Assembly: GCA_903813345.2 (NCBI GenBank) | Contig: CAIIXF020000001.1 | Location: 17,794,001-17,858,000, forward strand | Origin: Owenia fusiformis | Taxonomy: Eukaryota | DNA length: 64,000 bases | Direction: 5' to 3' | Shown here: piece after piece, positions 49,301-61,300 of the stretch | How positions within the stretch are numbered: position 1 is the first letter of the stretch | Layout of the letters: each line of letters opens with the position of its first letter | The notes under the pieces: generated by a model | What the model was told of the DNA's origin: nothing | The model's input: the letters and a program-made list of their open reading frames with translations, nothing else | Databases searched by the model: none | Made by a program: the position numbers and the translations under genes

Positions 49301-52300
49301 TTGGAAGTTTCAACGAAACCAATAAAGAATGATATTCAAAGTGTAGACATAAGTGTTCACTTCACTGAAATTATATGTCCTAAAGCATGTATCTAAAGAA
49401 CTTGAAGTTTTCACAAAGTGTGTTCATTGAATGTTGGTATAGAAGAATGATCATTGAATGTAGCTTTTTATCATGATAAATAGTGTTCATTAAAAATAGC
49501 TAAATGTAATCAGTGACAACAGAATGCAGCCGATGAACACTCTATGTAAATTAACAATGTAGTTATATTTGGAGGTCTGAGAAATAGTACTGTTACGAAT
49601 TGTATTTACGTGAAGTCATCCATAATTTTACTTACAGATACAGAAGAAGTGAATGCTCAAAGGCAAGACATCATGAAACTCATGTACATAGGTAAGGTCA
49701 ATGGACTCAGATGAATCTTACATGCAGATTAATTAGCATATGGAATACCCAACTTTTCTGTCCATCTGTTCATCTTCTGGTCAGTTTGTGATTCTGTCCC
49801 AACATCTGTCTGTCTGTCAACAATTTATGAACAAATGTCAGATCTAAAGCTCATATCCATTTTATTGGGATCCATACTGGCTAGTTCTGCTACTTTTGCC
49901 TCATTTTGAACAAATTCATTTATCATATAATACATACAGGGTGCCTCGAAAATATGGGACCTTTTAAAGCAGTTTAGAAGAGTTTCCCTGGAGTATCTAC
50001 CCTCAGCGTTCCCCTTTCCAACTCAATATCCATCTGACCCAAAAAGTATCGCTGCTGTTAGATGGCATGGGAGGACACATTTGACTAGTGATTTGGTGTA
50101 AAATTTGGGCCAAACACCAAATTTTTAAATGTCTGTAATCTTTTCACATTTGAGGCTTGAACCATGATACTTGGCGAATCAATGTAACTTTGGATAAGTT
50201 TTAAAATGATATATGACACATACTATGAAGACACTAGTATATGTCTGCCTAGGGGGGGGGCATACTTTTGGGACACCCTGTTTATTACATTTTTACAACA
50301 CTTTTAAAAAGAATGTAAAAATTTCCCCAACAGATCAGTGACTTATGCAAATGACTGAATGATTATTGTCATTTTGTATTTCAGAGTTCGGATTCATGGC
50401 AGTCTTGATGTTGTTGATTTTGATATATTTTCCTGCCAAACCGCCATCTCCGCCCAGTATATCAGCTGCCACTGAAAGGATGGAGTTTAAGAAAGGACTC
50501 TCTGCTTTGCTCAAGTGAGTATTGTAATTGTATGACTTATGTAATATTTGACTTGTACATGGATGATAAAGAAAAATTAGCTTATTGAATAAGCTGTACT
50601 ACATGCATGTATATGACATTGTATTATATTTACATGTATTACATACCTAGCGAAGCATTTGTATGGAAGTCAATGGGAAAGTTAGCGAGCTATATCCACC
50701 GATATTGCCCGATTACCCCGATATAGCCCGCTTACCTCGTTTTGATATTAGATTTCTTTAATAACCATGATAATATCATGACGTCACGTCATTGATACAA
50801 AGTAACCATGGGAACAAAGGCATGTAATACATCAGTTATGTCACTATGACGTGAAATATGCCTTCGTTCTTGCCCAAATATAGAGCCTCCCAAGGTCGGC
50901 CTATATTGGGAGAACTCAGGCATATTTCACGTCATAGTGACATAACCTCTAAGTATATAGTAATGATACTTTCTTGATTCATTTAATTCATCCTCCAAAT
51001 GTTCAAGACATCATCAAGAAAAAGATTAAACCACTAAATTGGCGTACATTGTAATCGTACCTGATGTACTATCAAAATGTGATACACAATTCTTTTTTCA
51101 AATTTGCTTTTGAAGGATTTTTGTCCCAAGAATTGTAAACTCATTTGAAATTAAATTTTGGTTGGCACATGCATGCATTGATTTATTCAATAATATGAAT
51201 TTTATATCATGAAGTAATCTGCACCATAAGAGCATATATCCTTATATAATTTGTGTGGAAATCTCTTTCGCAGAAAGTTGATCAGGAGAAAAATACATTT
51301 TAGGATTTTAGTTCTCGTTGTAGTCTATTGTCAACCTATTGGCACAGAAATATATTAAATATGAGAAGTGCTTTTCAAAAATGTATCAAACAATTTGTTA
51401 AAGGCATGGCAAATAATATTTGAATGATTAGATTAACGATATTTTGATATTTTATAAAGGCCTTAAGAACATGTAAAAATAATGATCAATGTGGTTCATT
51501 AATCCAGAATTCTAGAATTATATAGAATTATTTTGGAAATTTCAAAAGAGTTCCCAATTAAAAAGGCTAAATGCTGTTTACAAATAGGAAACTATAGCAG
51601 AATCAACAAAAGTTTTGTGAAAAAATTAGGATAAGGTTTCAAAATTATGCACAGGACAATATATAACTACTTAATGCAGGCAGGGACTTTTAATTGCCAA
51701 AAAGTTGAGTATCAAAAAGAATTGGTATCTATTTTAGTTTGTCGTCTGAACTAACTTCATTTATGAACAATGTTGAATCACATTTGTTAATTGATATTAC
51801 CATTAGACAGTAAGACACCCAATTTTTTATTCATTATTCCTTATACTGTTATATGATATAAAACCTATATAGAAACATCTACAATGAAAAATATTTTCAT
51901 TTTGTACTATACTAGGATTAAACCTCTTAACAGGATATTTAACATACATGTACATATATGGGTTATTTCAAGATTATATTTCAAGATTATTCAAACTTAT
52001 TGATTCCATTCATTGAGATTTGCTAATCTATAGAATTACCATTTTCCTCTTTTGTGAAGGGTTATTGCATAAAGTTAAGCTGCAAATAATCCATCCAAAT
52101 AGTAGATCTAAATTTCTTCATTTATATGAACATAGATGTTAAGTTTTAAACTTTGGGAAACTTTTAGAAAAACCATGGGCTTTCAATAGAAGATCTGACT
52201 CGCTCAAGTATTGCTAGTGAGTGTTAATAAAATAAAGCTGTTACGCTGCAGATTAATTTCAGGATATTAGTTGACATAACAGAAGACGGTAGAGGTTTTT

Positions 52301-55300
52301 ACTTATAAACACAAATTTTAAACACTTTTATTAAGTACACAGTTGAAGTATCTCATGGAACAATGGGTAGATGGAAGAAAAGACAATGTGGATTAATCTC
52401 TCTAGCTCTTTTTACTAATGCTATATTTATGATTTATGTCATATCTTACACAAGCAGAACAACGGAAATATATTCAACATTTACGAATGATGGTCACTGT
52501 AGTACTAAAGGTTTGGCAAAGTTACCAGATTCAACAAATCGTAGGAATATAACAAAAATCGTGATTTTCACATACTGGAGAAGTGGATCAACTTTCGTCT
52601 CTGAATTATTTTCGCAGCATCCAGATGTGTTTTACATGTATGAGCCACTGCGTGCTTGTGACTGCTCAAAACACTGCGATCATCCCAAAGACAATACCAT
52701 AATACAAAATGCATACATAAAAGACATATTGAATTGTGATTTCGATAACAATGATTTTCTGTCAAGGTTAAAAGATCATAAAGAATTCAAATGGGAAGTA
52801 ACTTTTCGTGGTGTTGATGACTTTGAAAGTATTCCACACCAGTGTGCCAGTAAAAAGATAAAAGCGATAAAAGTAATCCGTGCAGAGTCATTGGAGCGTG
52901 TTGCTGGTGTTCTAGGCAGTGACACTGCTTTGTTCTTCTTGACCAGAGATCCTAGGGGTGTACTGAATTCGAGGAAACAGTTTCCTTATATATATATGAA
53001 TATGGCTGGCAAAGTTAGAGACATGAACGAATTGTGCAAGAAGCATTTAGCAAATTATGAATTTCTGCAGGGACTCACCAGAAAATCAGCATCTCAATTA
53101 CGTAATATGCCATTGATAAAACTGATTCAGTATGAACACATTGCTCATGATCCATTAGGAAATGCAAAGGAGTTGTATGAGTTTATTAATATTCCATTTC
53201 ATGATGGAGTTGCTGATTGGATAAAGAAAAATACAGTGTCAGGACGTGACTCTAGCCCTTTTGGCACTAAACGCAATTCAAAGAAGGTCTCAAACAAATG
53301 GCAGAATGAATTAACGAAGAGAGAAATGCATATGGTTCATAGTATCAACGATTGTGCCAGAGTCATTGAATTTTTAGGAAAACGATAATTGGCAGTACAA
53401 TGAAATAAGAAAATAACTGGATTTTGTATTCAGTAGGAGACTGCAAAATTTTTATAGTGATATTGAATTCTTGTAACATTAAGACAACATATATTGTATA
53501 GACAATGTTGAACATGATGCAATTAACATACTGTACTCATTTGTCAAACATCTATTCTACAATTAGACAAAATTATACAAATGAATTCTTTGCGAAAAGT
53601 GAATTTAGTCTTTGTAAAAATCCCACTGCTCATGAAGAAGTCAAAAAAGAAAAAAATAATTTGTATTTTCAATATCAAAGCAGTTATGAAATATTTTATT
53701 CTTAAAATATGTTTTGTTTCATCAATAAAATGGAAAATGCTGATTGTTGGATCCTTTGATTGATTCCTTTGATAACAGAGTATAATTGAGCAATAGTTAT
53801 GTAAACAGTAAATGAACTAATGCAAAGCAAAGACAGCAGCGACTTGAAAAGAAGGTACTGAAATTGTGTAAAAAAAATCAATCGGTATGTTAATACATTT
53901 TTAATGAATAGAAGAAAGATATTCAAATGTTCAGAATTTTGAAATTTATAAATGTGTCTGTGAGTGTTAAATGTTTTAACTATACAGGATGGTCCAAAAA
54001 ATTGGAACATTTGTTAATTGAACGCAAAACCTTTATTTTTCTTCTAAAATGTACCAAACTTTTACTGAGCATAGTTCAATCACTTATATATCTGAAAATA
54101 AAGTTTATAGGTGAAAACCACAAAGTTAATGCATTGAACTAGTCAATGTTTGATAGGACCCTCTTTTCTTAAATATACACTTGTCAATTCCGCGGCTACT
54201 TTTTCAAGTATCATTTATTTCAAAGCTTTAATGCACATGTTAATTGCTATAAATATTTTATAAAATCATATTCAGTTGACAAAGGGTATTTACATCTGGG
54301 GTTTGCCAGAAAAAAATTGTGTTAACTTAAACAAAACCCAAAATGATCATTTTCATTTAAGAGTAGGGAAGAAGGAACATGTCAGAGGTGCAATTGCATA
54401 ACCCTCACAGCTACTCAAGTGACAAAAGAATTGTTCCCACTTTTCAGTAAAGGGAAAACTGACCAGTTATTCACAAAGTTTTATTAAAAACCAACGCTAA
54501 TAGCGAGATCAATAGTGCAAAAATAGTTCATTCATGGAACGAAGCGTGAAACTTTCCACATATCATCAGAATACCATTCCCTTTGATTTAAGAGCCAGAG
54601 CCATTTTTGTGGTCCACTAGAATGATCAAAAAATAGTAAGTACCCCCTCCCACCAAATCCCATGGGGTGGGGAGATATCGAAATATTTTTTTCATAAAAA
54701 AATTTCTTTGAATATGGTCATACTACAGTTTTAGAGTGCTATTTTCATGGTAAAGAAATTTTGAAAACATAACAAGATGATTTATCATCGATTTTCATCA
54801 TTGTTAAAGACTAATCATGGGCGACGCCCACTTTTCATACCTTGAACATTTAGGTTATTAAATCTCTATCATGGGTTGAACAAATGAATGTAATTCAGTT
54901 TTCTGGATAACACCAGATACCTTTTTGATGTAAGGTGCTATAATTAATCTTTGCATTTGACTTCTTAAAGGCTTAGACCATATATATATATATATATCTT
55001 TTATTGACTCTTTAGATGTCATATCATGACATATTAGTCACTAAGGTAGAGCAGATCTTCCCATTGTCGAGTTGAAGAACTGGTATCTTTATCCTGGCTA
55101 GAACCATAGACAATTCTAGCCAGTGCCAGCCTTTTATCGAGTTAGCAGCACTCTAGTAATCGCGGTATAGGTCAGCAGTCATAGGTCAAAGACAAATCAC
55201 AAGAAGTGCGGTGACATATCACACCCCTGTTTAGAAGAAGAAAGCAAGCAACAAATGTCCCAGATCTACAACATGTATCCACTATTCTATGTACATGTAT

Positions 55301-58300
55301 GTCGAGTCTCTATACTCTCCTTGAGAGAACCTATGCTACAGACACAACTGTCCAGAATTTAGATGATGATGTGCTTAAACAGTTTGATGAATGGTGTGCT
55401 GACCAAGTGCCTAAACAGTTTGATGAATGCCGTGCTGACCAACAGAAAGTACCAGTCTTCAAGCTTTGGTTTCTGATTATTCAAATTGAAATACTGTGCC
55501 TTGACTATGTGAGGGCTATAGGACAGGAGAATTTTCCTCTCCAGATGGTTTCTCTTTAATTTTCATAGTTGTTCAGGGGTTTCAATAAGCACAGGCGGGT
55601 GGCGAAAACGCCTGTTCAAATCTCAATTACGCCTGTTCAAATATGTAGAAATAAAATTCACTGTTACTTACCTTACCCTAAGTTATTTTAAGTGAAATAA
55701 GTTTCAGCCTGTTGAAATTGCCAAAAAGCCTGTTGAAAAAATATTTATTGAAACCCCTGGTTGTTAAAGACTAGTCATGGGCGACGCCCACTTTTCATAT
55801 GCTGAACTTTAGGCTATTAAACCTCTTTCATGGGTTGAACCAGAACCAGAAGGGCAGCCACAGTCACAGCCTGCAGTCTCTAAATTCTCAAGAAAGCCTA
55901 TACTACATATACAGCTGTCCAGAATCTAGATAATGAAGTGATAAACAGTTTGATGAAAGATGTGCTGACCAACAGAATGTACCAGTCTTTAGTTTTGGTT
56001 TCAGATTATTTGAATCGAAATACTGTGCCTTAACAAAGTGTAGGCTATTAGAGAGGGAAATTTTTCTCTTTATCTCCAGTCAATTAGCAAGCTTATCACC
56101 TGGTTTTTCGTTTTTTGACCTTGTCAATATGCTTGCTGAGTACCAGTTCAGTATATCATCAGAACTCAAAAGTTCAAAAATGGATAGCTTTTGGAAAAGT
56201 AAAAAATTAGAAATACCTCACTTCCCATGAAATTGCAGCTGCCCTTTGACATGGTAGGACTATGTGTCTCCCCTTATTTCATGCTCCCACAGGTTCAGAC
56301 ACTACACCAGCAAAGGCTGGAAAAATGATTTGGGTGCCATTGTAGAAAACATTGCCCCAAGCTTCAGATGCATGCCAAACGCTAGTAAAATGCAGGGATT
56401 GTAATGGACATGACACCTACCTCAGTGATACTGATAATAGAGTGTTGAAGTGCTTAAATGCACAAAATAGGTAAATTTCCTATCCATAATAGAAGACTCA
56501 TTAACCTGTATATTAACATGTTCATAAAGTGGGCGTCGCCCTCGGTCAAGCTTTAATAATGAATATCCATGAGAAATACGGAGGATGCAATCTTGAAAAT
56601 TGATTTTAAACACTGAAAATAACATACTAAAAATGAATATAGATCATATTAAAAAAGAAATCAACAAAAAATACTTCCCTCCCCCTCCCCCCAGGATTTG
56701 ATGGGAGGGGGCATTTGCAATTTTTCAGATATCATCACTACACCATTCCCTTTGATTTAAGAGCCAGGGCCATTTTTGTGGTTCACTAGAATGACAAAAA
56801 AGCACTTGCATCTTTTTGTTGAGCACTGTTGTTTGCAGCTGCATTTTACTAGCATTTGGCATGCATCTGAAGCTTGGGCAATGTTTTCAATACTGGCACC
56901 CAAATTATTTTCCCAGCCTTTGTGGTAATGGATTCCCAACTCAATTGTGAGGGTGAAGTAAGGACTGACATAGGTATAATTGTCTGGAACCAACTTATGC
57001 AACTTATGGTGGGATGTTCTCAATTTGAGTTGTTTTCTTTGTGAACATTTCTCGTCTTGCAGCATTTACAGTTATTTCATTGTTGTCTCTATTGTATAAA
57101 ATCACAACAAAACGTTCAATGATTGGAATCCAGATATAGTGTCTGAACCTGTTGGGGCAAGAAATAAGGGGAGACACATAGTCCTACCATGTCAAAGGGC
57201 AGCTGCAATTTCATGGGAAGTGAGATATCTCTAATTTTTTACTTTTCCAAAAGCTATCCATTTTTGAACTTTGAGTTCTGATGATATACTGAACTGGTAC
57301 TCAGCAAACATATTGACAGGGTCAAAAAACAAAAAAACAGGTGATAAGATTGCTCATTGACTGGAGATAAAGAGGGAAATTGCCCTCTCTGATAGCACAT
57401 ACTTAGTTAAGGCACAGTATTTCGATTCAAATAATCGGAAACCAAAACTTAGGTACATTCTGTTGGTCAGCACACCATTCGTCAAACTGTTTTTCACTTC
57501 ATTATCTAGATTCTGGACAGCTGTATATGTAGTATAGGCTCTCTTGAGAATTTAGAGACTGCAGGCTGTGACTGTGGCGGCCCTTCTGAATGGTTCAACC
57601 CATGAAAGAGGTTTAATAGCCTAAATATTCACTGATACTGGTACATTCTGTTGCTCAGCACACCATTCATCAAACTGTTTAGGCACTGGGTCAGCACACC
57701 ATTCATCAAACTGTTTAAGCACATCATGATCTAAATTCTGGAAAGTTGTATCTGTAGAATAGGTTCTCTTCAGGAGAAAATAGACTCGACATACATGTAC
57801 ATAGAATAGTGGATACATGTTGTAGATCTGGGACATTTGTTGCTTGCTTTCTTCTTCTAAACAGGGTTGTGATGTGGTGTAAGCCTTTAAAAAGTCAAAT
57901 GCTAAGATTAATTATAGCACCTAACATCAAAAAAGGTATCTGGTGTTATCCAGAAAACTGAATTACATTCATTTGTTCAACCCATGATAGAGATTTGATA
58001 ACCTAAATGTTCAAGGTATGAAAAGTGGGCGTCGCCCATGATTAGTCTTTAACAATGATGGAAATCAATGATAAATCATCTTGTTATGTTTGCAAAATTT
58101 CTTTACCATGAAAATAGCACTCTAAAACTGTAGTATGACCATATTCAAAGAAATTTTTTTATGAAAAAAATATTCCTATATCTCCCCACCCCCATGGGAT
58201 TTGGTGGGAGGGGGTACTTACTATTTTTTGACCATTCTAGTGGACCACAAAAATGGCTCTGGCTCTTAAATCAAAGGGAATGGTATTCTGATGATATGTG

Positions 58301-61300
58301 GAAAGTTTCATGCTTCGTTCCATGAATGAACTATTTGCCTGTTTTCTTGCACTATTGATCTCGCTATAAGCACATATACAGTGTATAATATATATAATAT
58401 ACCATTTGTGTTCTGGGAGACTCCTCTATGATATTGATAGACATATTGATATTTCCAATGAATATTATTCATATCAGAACAATAAGGGGGGGGGGGGGCG
58501 TCATTTACTAGTCAAATCAGACTGCCCCGACCTCTTTCTGGAGAACTATTGAATCAGTAGAACACCTAACAATAGCCATCAAAAGATGCTTGATACTCAT
58601 GAATTTTGGTAAAAAATGTTGAATAATGTTACTAGATTTGATCTTCCAATGAAACAAATAGGAAGTTTGATCAAGCTGAAATTTTTAATTAAGATGGCTT
58701 GGACAAAACAAACGAACAGCAAACTAATTGAATATTTACATATCTGAGCCACAGGCTTCAACTTGTAGGTCAGGAGAAGAGGGGTCATATCAAATATCGT
58801 CTAGTTTAATTCATTAACTTTGTGGTTTTCACCTATAAACTTTACATCAGATAAATAAGTGATTGAACTATGCTCAGTAAAAGTTTGGTACATTTTAGAA
58901 GAAAAATAAAGGTTTTGCGTTCAATTAACAAATGTTCCAATTTTTTTGGATCACCCTGTATATAGGTTTTCATGTGATAAGGGCATTATCACATGATGGA
59001 GAGTGTGATACATCAAATATCACCTCTTGGAAAAATATCGCACTTTGTTTTCCTTGAGCTGATAATTCAATATTTCACACTCTCCCTCATATAATAATGC
59101 TATTATATTTGATAAACTATTTGCATAAGATTCAATGTCATTTTTTTTTATCATACTATATATTTTTGTCTGTTATCAGTAAAGAAAGCCATATGGTCTG
59201 ATATAAGGTATGTTTGCTTTTTGATGGGGAATTGGGTCAAATTTTTATCTTAGTTAAAAGTTTTATATTTCATTCTTAGGTGTAGTCAGAAGATCTTCAA
59301 TTTTATCTGCTTTTATCTTTCAAGAGCCCAATTCGCTATAATTTAGACATCTCTTCAAAACATGTACTACATTGAAGATCACAAATATTGTACTGTCTTT
59401 TTGATTTTGCCTTTGATACTCCTAAATGGTTACTCAAATGCTTGAATTGGTAGAAATTCTAATATGCTGTATTCTCTCTAATGGGCGCACAGTGCGGTTT
59501 CCAAATTGAAATTTAAAAGGGTATGGTAATTAGAGATTCTCGTAAGTGCACATACAAAAGAAATATTGCTGATAGCCTCTTTAGTTGTTATCACTTACAT
59601 GTAGGTTTACATTCTCCTGTATTTCTTTCTCTGCATTAAATATAATCATCAATCAATATCTTGTTGTCTAAATAATTGAAACTATCTAAAACACGGGTTA
59701 TACTGCAACGATAGACATATAACCTACCTTATACAAACTAGTCAAAATCTAGGCCAACATTCACATCACCACAATAAACCATTCTTCAAAAGAGAGCAGA
59801 AAGATCATACATGTATTAAAGAACCAAACAATCTCACGCCAACCTAAATGCATTTAATTTTTCTGTGTGCTCACTAGAGAGAATCCAGTCCCAGTCTTAA
59901 ATTTTCTGCAAATCAAGGGTAGAGTAAATGGCTTAAAATATTTTTCAAATGTTCATTTAAGTTTTCCAATCCATTGTCCAATTGACCTACGGGGGAGGGG
60001 GTACTCCAATATATCGGCTTTATTGGGACGAGCCGCTAAAGTGGGTCACTTTTTCAGCAATAAATCCCTACATGTGAGTCCCATTTTGAAGAAGAACACC
60101 TAGATATGTGTCCTATTTTGATGAAAAAATCCCTAGATTGGGCATGGGTATACTTTTAAAAAATCAACAGAAGTGAGTCTTATTTTTTTTAAATTACCTC
60201 AAAGTGGGTCTACTACTAAGAAAAACCCTAGATGTGGGTCCAATGTTAGAGAAAAAATCTCTAGATTTGGGTAGATATTGAATTGAATATATATATATCT
60301 CAGCGGCACCCTCTTATACAAAAGGTTGACTAGTGCCCCCCCCCCTTCCCTCCCCTGGGAGTTGACCAAATCTGCAAATGTTTGATGAATATGCTACTTT
60401 TTCTTTAAAATAGCTTGTTGGACATGTTATATATTAATATATTTGATTTTTTCATCAGTTTACCTTAATTATCCAAACGAATGAAGTTTGGTAGGAATAT
60501 TAAGACCAAAAACTAGAAAAATACTTAGCAACTACACTTCTGCAATGATTTAAATTCCACTTAACCTATCTTAAATGTCTGTGTATTGTATGTTTTATTA
60601 TAAATTTTGTATGTTGTATCAGACATTGGCCATTCTGGCTGGTAGCAGCACCCTATGCCATAGCTGGAGGCGTGTACAACTGCTGGAGCTCAGTGATAGA
60701 TGTAAACTTAAAGCCACTGGGCATCAAACAGGTAGGCTACCAATAAATGAACAAATGCCTCATGTAAAAACATGGTGAACTCGTCAATTCCAAGTATGTT
60801 AATTTCAGTTGCTCGGGGAGGCTCCCATAATAGCGTGAAAAGCATGATATCTAATGGGAGAGATTAAATTTGGTACAATTCTTATAAGAATGCCTCTGTT
60901 CCACAAGATTTAAATTTTGTTCTGATAAATAACAAAAAGAGAATCAGTGGTTCGATTACAAAATATTGCTGAATTTTAATGAAATGCAACCAAATTATCA
61001 ATGGTTGAAATACATATTGTTACATGTAACACAATGGTTGATGTGATGGTTGTTGATGGTTTGAATCCAAACATTAAAGCTTGTTTTTTTCTTGAGTGCA
61101 TACTGTAGGAATCATATTCTCTGAGTTACATTTACTCATATTTCAATGTAACACTACAGGAAAGATCACAAGGACAGACTAAGAATATTAAAAATTCATA
61201 CCTGTGAACTAATTTACTGTAAATTGCTTTAATTTGATGCTATTTAATTTTGGTGGATTGGGCAAATTTTGGTTGCTATTTAATAAGGCTTATCGGGCCA

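Larger units (their letters stand above)
53985..58958. mobile_element. Tc1/mariner-like MITE with about 160-bp TIRs hosting the Academ-like insertion
   Basis: TA-CAGGATGGTCCAAAAAATTGGAACATTTG... matches the reverse complement of 58800-58958, which is followed by TA. Confidence 0.8.
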
